A stretch of DNA of 64,000 nt from Octopus sinensis (lineage: Eukaryota). The position numbers and the translations under genes are program-made. Positions 40,127-51,989 of the stretch are shown here, one piece after another. The notes beneath the pieces were generated by a model, which saw only the letters and a program-made list of their open reading frames with translations, was not told the DNA's origin and ran no database searches. Position 1 is the stretch's first letter; each line of letters begins with the position of its first letter. The stretch is from NCBI RefSeq assembly GCF_006345805.1, contig NC_042997.1, positions 55,924,001 to 55,988,000 on the forward strand, given 5' to 3'.

Positions 40127-40157
<31 letters not shown>

Positions 40158-40478
40158 TGTATGTATGTATGTATGTATGTATGTATGTACGTATGTATGT
40201 ATATATGTATGTACGTACGTATGTATTTATCTATCTATGTATGTATGTATGCATGCATGCATGCATGTATGTATGTATGTATGTATGCATGCATGCATGC
40301 ATACATGTATGTATGTATGTATGTATGTATGTATGTATGTACGTACGTATGTATCTATGTATGTATGTATGTATGTATGTATGTATGCATGCATGCATGT
40401 ATGTATGTATGCATGCATGCATGCATGTATGTATGTATGTATGTATGTATGTTATGTATGTATGTATGTATGTATGCA
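40124..40478. repeat. (TATG/CATG)n compound microsatellite
   Basis: Direct reading. Confidence 0.95.
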
Positions 40479-41135
40479 TAAATTGTCAGATGCACAGTGA
40501 ATAGCGTGGATTAAAACGGGGATTTGCATTTTTTTTTCTTTATACGTTCCGGTAGATTTGAACAGAAATATGCAAATCGCTGTTGTGCTTCATCACAGAA
40601 CAACTGTGTGTTCTTAACGCACTCAACTCATTAGCAGAAGGGATCTTAAGACACCTGATTCATTAGCAGAAGGAATCTTAAGACAGCCAGTGTTTCGACA
40701 TGTATGTGTCTCGTCGAAACACCGACTGTCTCAGACACTAGTTCTAGGCATGTGGATGATGGTTTCATATTTTTCACAGATCCTACATTGTAGAACTGTT
40801 AGGATGGTTGTAGGATCTGGATGCATAACTTCTGAGCTCGATAGGAGGGTTCTTGGCATTTGAGGTTACTTGTTGTAGCCCGATAGGAGGGTCCTTGGCA
40901 TCTAAGGTTACTTGTTGTTGCCCGATATTAGGATTCTTTTCTTTTCTAACAGTCTAATCTATTTGTGTATATGAAAAGAACAATACAGCCTCCTGGCTTT
41001 CCAGACTCCAGTCGAACCGTCCAACCCATGCTAACATGGAAAACGGACGTTAAACGATGATGATGATGATGGTGATGATGATGATGATGATGGTGATGAT
41101 GATGGTGATGATGATGATGATATATGCATATATGG

Positions 41136-41560
41136 ACGAAAAGAGGAAGGCAAAAATCCTCTGGGACTTTGACTCCCAGACAGGCAAGGTGTTAGAACAC
41201 CAAAGGCCTGATATAGTAACCCTTAAGAGGGACAAACAAGAGTTTGATATGGTAGTGCCATATCAACATAAATATCATGAAAGAAAGAGAAAAGGTTGAT
41301 GAATATTGGGACCTGAGAATTAAGATCGCTAAGATGTGGCAGCTACGAGAGTCAAACATAAACGTTATCCTCTTGTCATCGGAGCACTGAGTTCACTACC
41401 ACCCAATCTGAAAAAAAAACTTTAGAAATACCCTACAATCTAGGTTTATTACAAAAATCGGCATTACTTGGAACCGCACGCATATTGCATAAAGTTTTGT
41501 TTGGCTGAGGTCCTTGTTCTGACTTGACATTTGGTACGAACCCCTGGTAGACACAATATC
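41136..41560 (+). mobile_element. R4/Dong-like LINE 3' fragment (restriction-like endonuclease)
   Basis: KILWDF...HQRPDIV...EYWDLRI.IAKMW...LVIGAL...LQKSALLGTARILHKVL across frameshifts. Confidence 0.88.
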
Positions 41561-41627
41561 TTCAGTCAACAACATCACAATATTGGATACTGTGCGGCGT
41601 CTTTCTTCTATAATAATAATAATCCTT

Positions 41628-41825
41628 TCGACACAAGACCTGAAATTTGACGGAGGGGGATAATTGATTATATCGACCCAGTACTCGACTGGTACTTATT
41701 TTACCAATCCCGAAGATATGAAAGACAAAATCGACCTCGTGGAATTTGAGCTCAGAAAGTAAAAACGGACGAAATGCCGCTATGCCGTTTACCCAGCACT
41801 GTAAAGATTCTGTCAGCTCGCCGTC
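41628..41825 (-). mobile_element. SINE family A, diverged
   Basis: Core and head recognisable on the minus strand. Confidence 0.8.
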
Positions 41826-41926
41826 ATAAAAATTACAGACAAACCTTGATCCTCTTTCACCATACGAAGCCGAAAATTTGGCCCATTGACATAAGATGTA
41901 CGCACGCGCGTACACTCACACACACA

Positions 41927-41968
<42 letters not shown>

Positions 41969-42002
41969 CCATACATATAAAGAACCACAGAGATTTCGAT
42001 AG

Positions 42003-43271
42003 TGCAATGGTCAAGATAGTTCTTGCGAAATGTTTAATTCTGGTTTTAAATTATGTATTTTCAAATTAATTTTCGCTAAATTACTTTGACTTTATATATC
42101 ATTTTAAAGCCTGTTTTTTGCTCTATCTATTCGTATTACTCTTCTTGTTGAATAATTAGGCCATTTTTTCCGGAAAGTTGAATACAACATAGACAAAAAT
42201 CAAATTCGCACAATTTTCTTATTCCAGTTAAAGCTAGGCCGAAAAGCAGCTGAAACAGCTCGCGATATCAACGATGGGTTTGGCCTAGGAACCACTAATG
42301 AACGTACAGCGCAATGGTGGTTCAAGAAATTTCATAGCGGTGACGAGAGACTTGAAGAGGATAAGCGTAGTGGACGGCCATCGGATGTTGATAACGATCA
42401 ACTAAGAGCTTTAGTCGAAGCCAATCCACGCACAACTGTTCGAGAGCTTGCTTCTGAATAAGATGTAACGTATACGACAATTTCCAACCACTTGAAAGAG
42501 ATTGGAAAAACAAAAATACCTTAGAAATGGGCGCCGCACGAATTGAACGACAACCAAAAAAACGCCGTTTTGAAGTGTCGTCTTCCCTTCTTTTACGCAA
42601 CAAGAACGACCCGTTTCTCGACCGGATTGTGACTTGCGATGAAAAGTGGATTCTTTACAACAACCGGCGACGCTCAGCTCAGTGGTTTGACGCCGACGAA
42701 GTTCCACGGCACTTCCCGAAGCCAAAGGTGCACCAAAAGAAGGTCATAGTGATTGTTTGGTCTGCGGCCGGTCTCATCCATCACAGCTTTTTGGATCCAG
42801 GTGAAACCATTCCGGTGGAGATGTACTGTCAGCAAATGGATGAAATGCAAAAGAAACTCCGACAACAGCCAGCATTAGTCAACAAAAAAGGACCAAGTCT
42901 TCTCCATGATAACGCTCGGCCGGACGTCGCACAACTGACCCTGCAGAAGTTGAACGAATTGGGCTACGAAACTCTGCCTCATCCACCATACTCACCAGAC
43001 TCTCGCCTACCGACTACCACTTTTTCAAGCATCTCGAAAACTGCGTGAGGAATGCTTCAAAAACCAAGACAATGCCAAACACGCCTTCAACGACTTAATC
43101 GCCATCAGAACGCAGGTTTTTACGCTACTGGCATAAATGAACTTGTTTCGCGTTGGCAAAAGTGTGTTGATTCTGATGGTGTTTATTTCGATTAATAAAT
43201 TTTGTTTGAGCCGAGATATGTGCATCTGAATTTGAAGGTTAAAAACCGCAAGAACTTTCTTGACAACCTAA
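42003..43271 (+). mobile_element. Hsmar1/cecropia-like mariner, near full length, inactive
   Basis: Right TIR (reverse complement) TTAGGTTGTCAAGAAAGTTCTTGCGGTTTT plus TA; decayed left TIR near 42006-30; [42 protein letters not shown]; internal stops. Confidence 0.93.
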
Positions 43272-43311
43272 TACAAAAGGGAAAATTTACTTCTGACCAT
43301 TATTTTGTTGC

Positions 43312-43705
43312 TCTTTACTCTTTTACTTGTTTCAGTCATTTGACTGCGGCCATGCTGGAGCACCGCCTTTAGTCGGGCAAATCGACTCCAGGACTTATTC
43401 TTTGTAAGCCTAGTCCTTATTCTATCGGTCTCTTTTGCCGAACCGCTAGTGTTACGAGGACGTAAACATACCAGCATCGGTTGTCAAGTGATGTTGGGGG
43501 GAGGCACACACAGACACACACACACACACATATATATATACATATACATATATACGACGGGCTTCTTTCAGTTTCCGTCTACCAAATCCACTCACAAGAC
43601 TTTGGTCGGCCGGAGGCTATAGTAGAAGACAGTTGCTCAAGATGCCACTCATTGAGACTGAACCCGGAACCATGAGGTTGGTAAACAAGCTACTTACCAC
43701 ACAGG
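43312..43705 (-). mobile_element. SINE family B
   Basis: Reverse complement of the family B sequence. Confidence 0.88.
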
Positions 43706-44094
43706 CACTCCTGCTGTCAGATATTATTTTTTCGACTGAACGAAACACCTACAATTTTGTTCTTGCTTTCATGCTCCATTTCTGTTATAAATTTGACAAG
43801 ATGCTTGTGTTTGCAAAGCATCTTGTTCCCCCAAATTGTCACGGTGAGCTATAAATCAAATTTAGACGTCGTTAGCATTTGACCGTGACATCAGATGCGA
43901 TAAAATCTTTGTATCAGTTCCTGTCCCCGCATTCTAAAACATCGCAAACCTACTTTATTTACATCAGTGTTTTTCTTAACCCATTTTTGTCCCATGCTCC
44001 ACTTCGATTTTCGAAAAAAAATGTAAAAGAAAGAAAGAAAAGAAAGCATGCACCACCACCATGAACAAAGTATGTGGCATATACATCTGTTATT

Positions 44095-44307
44095 TTTCAT
44101 CTGTTATTTGTTGTCATTGGATTGTTTGTCATTGGACTGCGGTCATACTGGGGCACCACCTTGAAGAGTTTAGTCAAACAAATCTCCCCCACGACCTATG
44201 TTTTAAACTCCAGTGCTTACTCTGTCAATCTCATTTACCGAACCAGCACCGGTAGTTAAGCCGTGGCGGGGTCGAACACACACACACGCACACACACACA
44301 CACACAT

Positions 44308-44361
<54 letters not shown>

Positions 44362-44516
44362 GACGGACTTTTCACTTTCCGTCTACCAAATCCACTCTCA
44401 AAGTTTTAGTCGACCCGAAACTATAAACTATAGTAGAAGACGCCGAAGGTGCCACGCAGTGGGACTGAAACTGGAACCATGAAGTTGACGAGTAAGCTCC
44501 TTAACACAGAGCCTTC

Positions 44517-44518
<2 letters not shown>
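44095..44518 (-). mobile_element. SINE family B, diverged
   Basis: Reverse complement of the family B sequence. Confidence 0.75.
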
Positions 44519-44563
<45 letters not shown>

Positions 44564-45530
44564 CAGTAGTCCCTCGATATTTACAGGGGTTGCGTTTCTA
44601 GAGCACCCGCGAATAGTGAAAAACCGAATACAGGACGGGGTCCATAAAAAGTATTGTAAAATGGACTGTTTCTCACCAATAATGAATGATATTGATTTAA
44701 GACGATGGTGAAAATAATGAAGGTAATGACTGCACAGCAAAGACGATTTAAAGCTCTTCAGGTGATGCCTCTTCAGGTGATGCCTCTTCAGGAGTTTTAG
44801 GGGATGTTGTATCTTCGTGCGAGGCTTTCTTGAGGAATATTGTGATGGGAAGTTTCTGTCGTTGTTTCTTCATGGTGGCAAGGAGAGTTTTACCATGTCT
44901 GCATGGTAGCACCGTTGGCATTTTTAAATTGGAGAGACCGAACCATATAGGGATCCCATGCTTCTGCCTTCCTTCGCAATTTCTTTGATGTCCTTAAAAG
45001 GTCGGATAGAGGTTCGACTGCCAAGCCCACCTCTACCCCCTCTTCCTCTGGATCTGGTGCTTCCTCCTCCGCCTCGCTGGCAGATTTCATTAACTCCAAC
45101 AAATCTTCGTCAGTCAGGGTTTCAGAGAGGGCATCGATGAAGTCGTTGACCTCATCTTGTGTGATGTCGTCAAAACCTTCTCCACCAAGTACCTTTGCCA
45201 GTTTCACCGCATTGTTGACAGCCTCGTGCTGAATATCTTCAGATGAGAAGCCCTCTTAGACCTGGACACACTCTGGCCACATCTTACAGTATGCGATGAG
45301 AGTTTCTTTTTTTCATGTATTTAAAAGCAACGTGGATGACTGACAGGCACATTGCGATCATGAAGTTACGCCAGTACTCCTTTAACTTGAAATTCTCGTC
45401 CGAGTCCATTGCGTCTACAAGATATTGGAGAGAGTTCCGAGTGTAAAGTGCCTTAAAAGCACGGATCTCGCCTTGATCTATAGGCTGGATAAAGTGGTGG
45501 CGTTGGCAAGGAGGAACTCGACTTGAACTC
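44564..45530 (-). mobile_element. Tigger/pogo transposon 3' half
   Basis: TA|CAGTAGTCCCTCGATATT terminus; FIQPIDQGEIRAFKALYTRN...YWRNF and GGEGFDDITQDEV...LTDEDLLEL motifs. Confidence 0.92.
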
Positions 45531-45534
45531 CCAC

Positions 45535-45716
45535 GGTTTGCAAGCATTCGCATCAGACCCCGGGTTTGCAAGCGTTCATACTAGGCCTCTGGTTTGCGAG
45601 CATTCGCACCAAACTTCAGGTTTGCAAGTATTCGTGCCAGGCTTCGGGTTTGCAAGCATTCGCGCAAGATCTTGGCTTTGCAAGCATTTGCACCAAACCC
45701 CGGGTTTGTACGAATG
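45535..45716. repeat. 28-bp minisatellite, ~6.5 copies
   Basis: GGTTTGCAAGCATTCGC core at 45535, 45563, 45591, 45619, 45647, 45675, 45703. Confidence 0.92.
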
Positions 45717-46039
45717 ATTTCCTTTGAAGTAGAATGCTTGAAAACACAAGAGATAAGGAATTCTTCCAGTCTATATATTAACGAACATTTAATCTTAGAA
45801 TGTTCATTTATCTTCATAAAAGTCGAGACATGTCTATGCTAAAGAATGGACTGTATAATGGCTTTGCTTAGTTTGTATTTTCCAATTTTATTTCCATTAA
45901 TTTATTTTTGGTATTTTTTTATCATTTGCATCTGTTTGTATTTCTGTGTTGTTGGTTTTTTTTGTCAATGGAATACTAAAATAATATGAATATAAAACAA
46001 TGGGAAACTATAGGTGATTTGGCAGTGCTCTCGGACCCA

Positions 46040-47150
46040 CTCGCATGAAGATGTGCAGGTACACAGCTATTGTGAGGTTATTTCAATGCAATAATTTGTA
46101 TAATATGCGAAATACTCAGCAATTACCAGCAAGCTTTTACCGTAAAAATCACTTTACATATTCTTCAAGGAATTTAATATACGCTATCAAATGTCAAGGA
46201 TATAATGAAGATTACTCTAAGAAATATATTAACCATTCGCCGATAGCAAATACGAGACCCCAGTACTAGACATATCCCATTCGCCGACAGAAAATACGAG
46301 ACCCCAATACTAGACACATCCCACTTAGTGGTCACATAGACATATGTGCAAAAAATAAGTCTCCTAAATTCCAGGTCTTCCCACTCTACCTATGTTCAGA
46401 GAATACCACAGATGAAGTACGGATAAACAAAGAAAATACTTTCATACAAAAGTACAAATCATGACTTAACAAACTTTAACAGTGTACATACACAAATAAC
46501 TATTCACACACAAAATTCATTCTGCCATTTATCATGAGGAAGCTACGCAGCTAACAACCTAAATTTGTATTATTCGACTACATACAAACGACTCCTGTCC
46601 ACTCTTCCACCAGACATATTAAATTTGGTCTGTCTTGATTATAACTAAAACATGCTCACTCAACCGTATCGGCCTTCTTCTGAGGCGCAAAATATACTGT
46701 CACGTGACACTAACACACGGACGTAGCAGAAGACGTACAAAAGGTTATGAATTTAATCATGTGTTCATTCTCTACAAACACTCGACAGAAAACATTCAGA
46801 GCATTGATTGTTTGGACTTGTTCAGTCAACCATGTCAGTCTTAACTTACGACGCCAAACATTGTCACTTGATACTAACACGGATGTAGCAGGGAACCTAC
46901 AAAAATTTCTAAGATCAGTCATGTGACTATCCTCTACCAATAAAATCTTATCCAAAGCATATACTAGATTGAGCCATGAACTCCCTATAAAAACAGGACA
47001 AAGTTCAAACACTAGTCAGAAGTAAAACAGCTGCGGCATAAACCACGTCTTTCTATTTGAACTTTTTGAAAATCGGTGTAAACTGTGAAACCGGTTAAGC
47101 TGCAAATATTTTAACTATTCTCAGTGCATTTTCAACTTCTACTTTTCCTA
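46040..47150 (+). mobile_element. PLE 3' fragment: GIY-YIG with internal deletion and 45-bp duplication, plus 3' region
   Basis: FTYSSRNLIYAIKCQGYNEDY...IRDPNTRHIPLSGHIDIC...FQVFPLY...RINKENTFIQKYKS*LN. Confidence 0.8.
47061..47101 (+). ncRNA. Decayed minimal hammerhead motif, U3-A8 core
   Basis: UUU-UUGAAAA-UCGG(UGUAAA)CUGU-GAA-ACCGGU-U/AAG; short helix I. Confidence 0.45.
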
Positions 47151-47360
47151 TATATAGTCAATCCAAACAAGAACAAGTAAGAAAAAACAACAGCGCGAGG
47201 ACGTGGTACAAGTACTGCGTTACTAGACACTCAGGAAAGGAAAGGAAAGAAAGAGGATTTTACGTTTCGAGCGGAGCTCTTCATCAGAAATATAGAAAAA
47301 GTCCAAAGAAGGGAAGACGGAGAAAGAAAATCGCCAACGATACACACGCGGTCACACACA
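47140..47360 (-). mobile_element. PLE 3' terminal repeat, family 1
   Basis: Reverse-complement relative of 8430-8640. Confidence 0.8.
47257..47291 (-). ncRNA. Minimal type I hammerhead motif
   Basis: AUUU-CUGAUGA-A-GAGC(UCC)GCUC-GAA-ACGU-A/AAAU. Confidence 0.8.
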
Positions 47361-47431
47361 CACACACATATATATTATTATTATTATTATTATTATATTA
47401 TATTATATACATATATATGTATATATGTATG

Positions 47432-47495
<64 letters not shown>

Positions 47496-47577
47496 TATAT
47501 GGGGGGGGGGGAGAATTCACAAAAAAAATACAAGGTGAAGACAGGTGGTGTAGACAACGCTCGGGAAGTGAAGAGGT

Positions 47578-47613
47578 CTTTAAAGTTTCGAGCCTACGCT
47601 CTTCCACAGAAAG
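47578..47613 (-). ncRNA. Hammerhead motif, family 2, helix III palindrome broken
   Basis: CUUU-CUGUGGA-A-GAGC(GUAG)GCUC-GAA-ACUU-U/AAAG. Confidence 0.5.
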
Positions 47614-48792
47614 GAACAAGGAGAGAAAATATAGAATGTGTAGTGGCTAGCGATCTATCATGTCGAATGCCTGATGGAGGGGTCATATATTTTTATAAGT
47701 GCTTCTTTATAGATGCAAAGCAATGTGGAGAAAATGGTACTCGAATACCAAACGTAGAGTAAACTATATAGTTAGAGAATATTTAATAGAAGAACCCAGA
47801 AGTTTTCAGTTCATGTTACAATAACTTTGTCTCGTTGTCTCGTAGTTAACTAGAATAATATGGGTAAACTCTATAAATCTAATGAATATAATGACAACCC
47901 CATGTGCAATCGTAAAGATCCTAGTATCTGATTTGTTAATGGCAATACTCTGATCCAAGTAGTTGTATGGAGGGCAAGGTCCATGTCGATAATAGCCTTA
48001 CATGTTAAAGTTACACCGGAGCCAAAAGAAAAATATGATTCTTGGCAAGGTTTTACCAGCATAAGCATTTCTTTAATAACCGAAAATTAGTTCCCCCACA
48101 AGTGTATCCAAATATGTATGGTGACTGAAAGAAGCTGAATCTGCCCTTTCAAAATCTACCGTTCGACCTTGGAAAGAGAAAATCCATACACAATTCCATA
48201 AAATTATGTTTAAGTGAGAAGTATTTTATCCTATCTTAGGACAAATAGATGTTAACCAGTAAAACTGAATTACTGACCTGTTGCAGACAGTTGCCATCGA
48301 ACGATAGATGTATATATCCATTTCTCACTTCCGCATATGTTGCATGTATCATAATGTTTTGTATTTTTGAACTTGCTACGATTCCTTCGGAACGTCGTAT
48401 TCGATCTTTATACGATTTTATAAGTGTTTTTACTTTACATTTTGCTTTTTATATGACTTTTTATCGATTGGATTATAGGTTATACACACGTTATTGTATT
48501 ATATAATTTTATCTTATTACAATTTCTTTTTAAATTATCATTTCCTATTCAAATTGATTTGATAGAAATTTTACACATCCCAAATACTTTTTTTTCCAGT
48601 TCCTTACATATTTTGAAATTGAATCTCACCTGTTTTATTTTGGTGAGTCTTCCTGCGTTTGTGTGTCTGTTTTTATATGCTTTTTGGCTTCTTCACACTC
48701 TACACGTAGAATAATACCTTTAATTCTTAATCTGTCTAAGTTCTATTTCTAATGCATGATTTCTAATCTCTCTTACTCCTATTATGTACATA

Positions 48793-49333
48793 TGTAGGAA
48801 TACGACCGTACGTAAGGAGTTGTTGACAAATGTCTCCTTTTAACGGCGCACGGTCGTCCCTAACAAAATAAGAGAGCCAAATACATGATATAGAATACAG
48901 TGCCAAAAGGAATGAGTGCAGGACAACAAACCGTTCTACTGTTTGAGAGAGAAGACTTTATTTATAATGGGTACAAAGTGAATGTGTTGTGAGTGCTAGC
49001 GTAGTGTTGTGTATGAATGCGTGCACATAGTATTTGTGTCTGTGTGTTCGTGTGTGCAACAGAAGGTACAGACAAAGGTGTATGCGTATAACAGAAATAC
49101 AGAATACAGAGCATAAGATAAGTTCTCAGCATATTGAATTAAGATAGAGTTAGTTTACCAGTTCATGAGTTACACAATAGTAAGTTCTATAACAAGATGT
49201 TGTGGGTCACGTGGCAGAGCCGGTACCTACATGTGTAGAAGTTGGGGTTATCATGCCGTGTCGAATCTCTTGATATAGTAAGTTCTTTCAGATAGACTGA
49301 CTGTTTCTTCTCGGTGAAAGATTCACGCAAACA
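48793..49333 (-). mobile_element. Probable solo LTR, ~541 bp
   Basis: TG...CA termini (TGTTTGCG...TTCCTACA on minus), internal TATAAATAAAGTCTTCTCTCTC; no TSD found. Confidence 0.5.
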
Positions 49334-49884
49334 GAGGCAAAAACCTTGAAACTATAGTCCGTATGTATCACTTAGGTTTTCGAGGGAGGATGACCTCCCT
49401 TTGCAAATAACACAAGAGCACTGAAATTGTGTCTAAGGCCAGCTGGAGACGTCGATCACCTGGGGCTAAAAGCGTCAGTAACACCCACCCCCAGTGGCTA
49501 GTCACATTCAGATGGCTAGTACACTTTACGTTGTCGAGCGGTTACTGTTTATATCTCGTTCGGAGATTTATTAATGCTTTCAGACAGTTTTTCTAAATCA
49601 GTGACTGTGGTTGCTGGGAAAAACGTTAAATATTATTTGCAAAGGTCTCCTTCATCGAAAACAGGTGTTTACCATGCGTTGACGAGAGGCAAAAACCTTG
49701 AAACTATAGTCCGTATGTATCACTTAGGTTTTCGAGGGAGGATGATCTCTCTTTGCAAATAACACAAGGGCACTGAAATTGTGTCTAAGGCCAGCTGGAG
49801 ACATCGATCTCCTGGGGCTAAAAGCGTCAGTAATACCCACCCCCAGTGGCTAGCCACATTCAGATGGCTAGTACACTTTACGTT
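49333..49884 (+). mobile_element. Retrozyme-like tandem element, 352-bp monomer, ~1.6 copies (locus B)
   Basis: 49333-49532 repeats at 49685-49884 with ~7 substitutions; GUC cleavage triplets at 49357-59 and 49709-11. Confidence 0.85.
49673..49717 (+). ncRNA. Type I hammerhead ribozyme
   Basis: CAUGCG-UUGACGA-GAGG(CAAAAA)CCUU-GAA-ACUAUAGU-C/CGUAUG. Confidence 0.85.
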
Positions 49885-50436
49885 AACTCACTCTTCATTA
49901 TAGCAATATTCAATATTTAATTTTTTCGCGATCCTCATTCGCCCTTATCTTCATTTTTAATTTCCGACATTTTTTCTATAACTATTTTTTTACATCACTA
50001 CAGTTAATAAGCTTATTACTATGCATAAATGCAAATTATGTTATACACTTTTTAAATCGATTTTCATTCGTTTTTAATGCTTATAATATTTTTCGTTCGA
50101 CGGCCAATAGTTTATATGTGAGATTCCATGAATTTTTAAAATAACCATTTACCCAATTAGCGATTAATATTTATCCGATGAGCTGCCTCAAAATTACCAT
50201 GGTGCCTTTTCTAAATATTTATAAACCATCGCGCTGTTCCAAAAGTTTATTTCTTTCTTATGATCGGTTACGCGAAACTCTATAACTAAATTTAAAAAGG
50301 ATCTCAGCGTGACATCTTGGGCAAGAATCATCTACAATACCCTCTGGCCAACTAAAGCCTTGTGAGTGGACCTGCTGGAAGCCCGTCGTATATATGTGTG
50401 TGTGCGCGCGCGCGTGTATGTGTGTGTGAATATTTG

Positions 50437-50505
<69 letters not shown>

Positions 50506-50550
50506 GTTTGTATGTGTGTGTATATATATGTATATGCATGTATGTGCGTC

Positions 50551-50590
<40 letters not shown>

Positions 50591-50810
50591 TAAATACAAA
50601 AATGGATAATTATAGACTTATTACATAATACATCATAGTGCATAATATATGTAATATATTATATATATCTTTTCTTTATACATATACATATATGGCGGAT
50701 TTCTTGCAGTTTCTGCCTACCAAATCCACTGACAAGGTGCCACGCAGTGGAATGAACCAGGAAACATGTGGTTGGGAAGCAAGCTTCTTACCACACCAGC
50801 CACTTCTGCG

Positions 50811-50888
<78 letters not shown>

Positions 50889-50889
50889 A

Positions 50890-50947
<58 letters not shown>

Positions 50948-50972
50948 ATATATATATATAGATATATTAATA

Positions 50973-51017
<45 letters not shown>

Positions 51018-51078
51018 GTATATATATATGTGTGTGTATATATATATATTATATGTGTGTGGTGTGTTGTGTGTGTGT

Positions 51079-51341
51079 GTGGAGACGCAGGATCGCGGTT
51101 CGATTCCCAGACTCGGCGTTGTGAGTGTTTATTGAGCGAAAACACCTAAAAAAGCTCCACGAGGCTCCGGCAGGGGGTGGTGATCCTGCTGTACTCTTTC
51201 ACCACTCTTTCTCCCACTCTTTCTTCTGTTGGCTGCTCGCTAGCCAGCGGGGTGGCGTCATTCGAAGGCTAAAAAAACAATGCGAACGCATTGTGACCAG
51301 CGATGTGTAACAACATCTGATGGTCTGGTCGGTCACGTGAT
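51079..51341 (+). mobile_element. SINE family C (tail type 3)
   Basis: Family C core, then TTGGCTGCTCGCTAGCCAGCGGGG...GGTCACGTGAT. Confidence 0.85.
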
Positions 51342-51441
51342 NNNNNNNNNNNNNNNNNNNNNNNNNNNNNNNNNNNNNNNNNNNNNNNNNNNNNNNNNNN
51401 NNNNNNNNNNNNNNNNNNNNNNNNNNNNNNNNNNNNNNNNN
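51342..51441. other. Assembly gap, 100 N
   Basis: Run of N. Confidence 1.
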
Positions 51442-51463
51442 TATATATGTATATATATATATG

Positions 51464-51497
<34 letters not shown>

Positions 51498-51520
51498 TAT
51501 GTATGTATATATATATATAT

Positions 51521-51578
<58 letters not shown>

Positions 51579-51989
51579 AGAGAATTCATATACACACACA
51601 TACATATACAAATATATGTATATTAATAAATATGTTTGTGTATTGGTGTGTATACAATTATCCCAGTATTACAGAAGTAATGCATTCTCGAAAAATTTGG
51701 TGTAACATTTAATCCTGTAAAACTCAGGTTTATCTTCCCATTGAAATGATATTGCATTCTGATGGGATTTTTCAAAGGTAAAAAAAAAAAAAAGCCACCA
51801 CTTTTATGCAACTTCTAAACACTCGTAGTACAATATGTATACAAAAAAAGTGAAAAGATATGAATAAGGAAATAAATAAGAATCATATTGTAAGAGGGTC
51901 ATTCTTATCACATATGATGTTGACCACTATACGAGGGGTGGTGGCAGAATAAGAGTTCTGAGAGGATGAGAGGCATTATTTTTTGTTGT

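Noticed and set aside
45535-45716. CRISPR array
   Set aside because: Eukaryotic context, no cas genes, and spacers only ~11 nt and mutually related; it is a minisatellite
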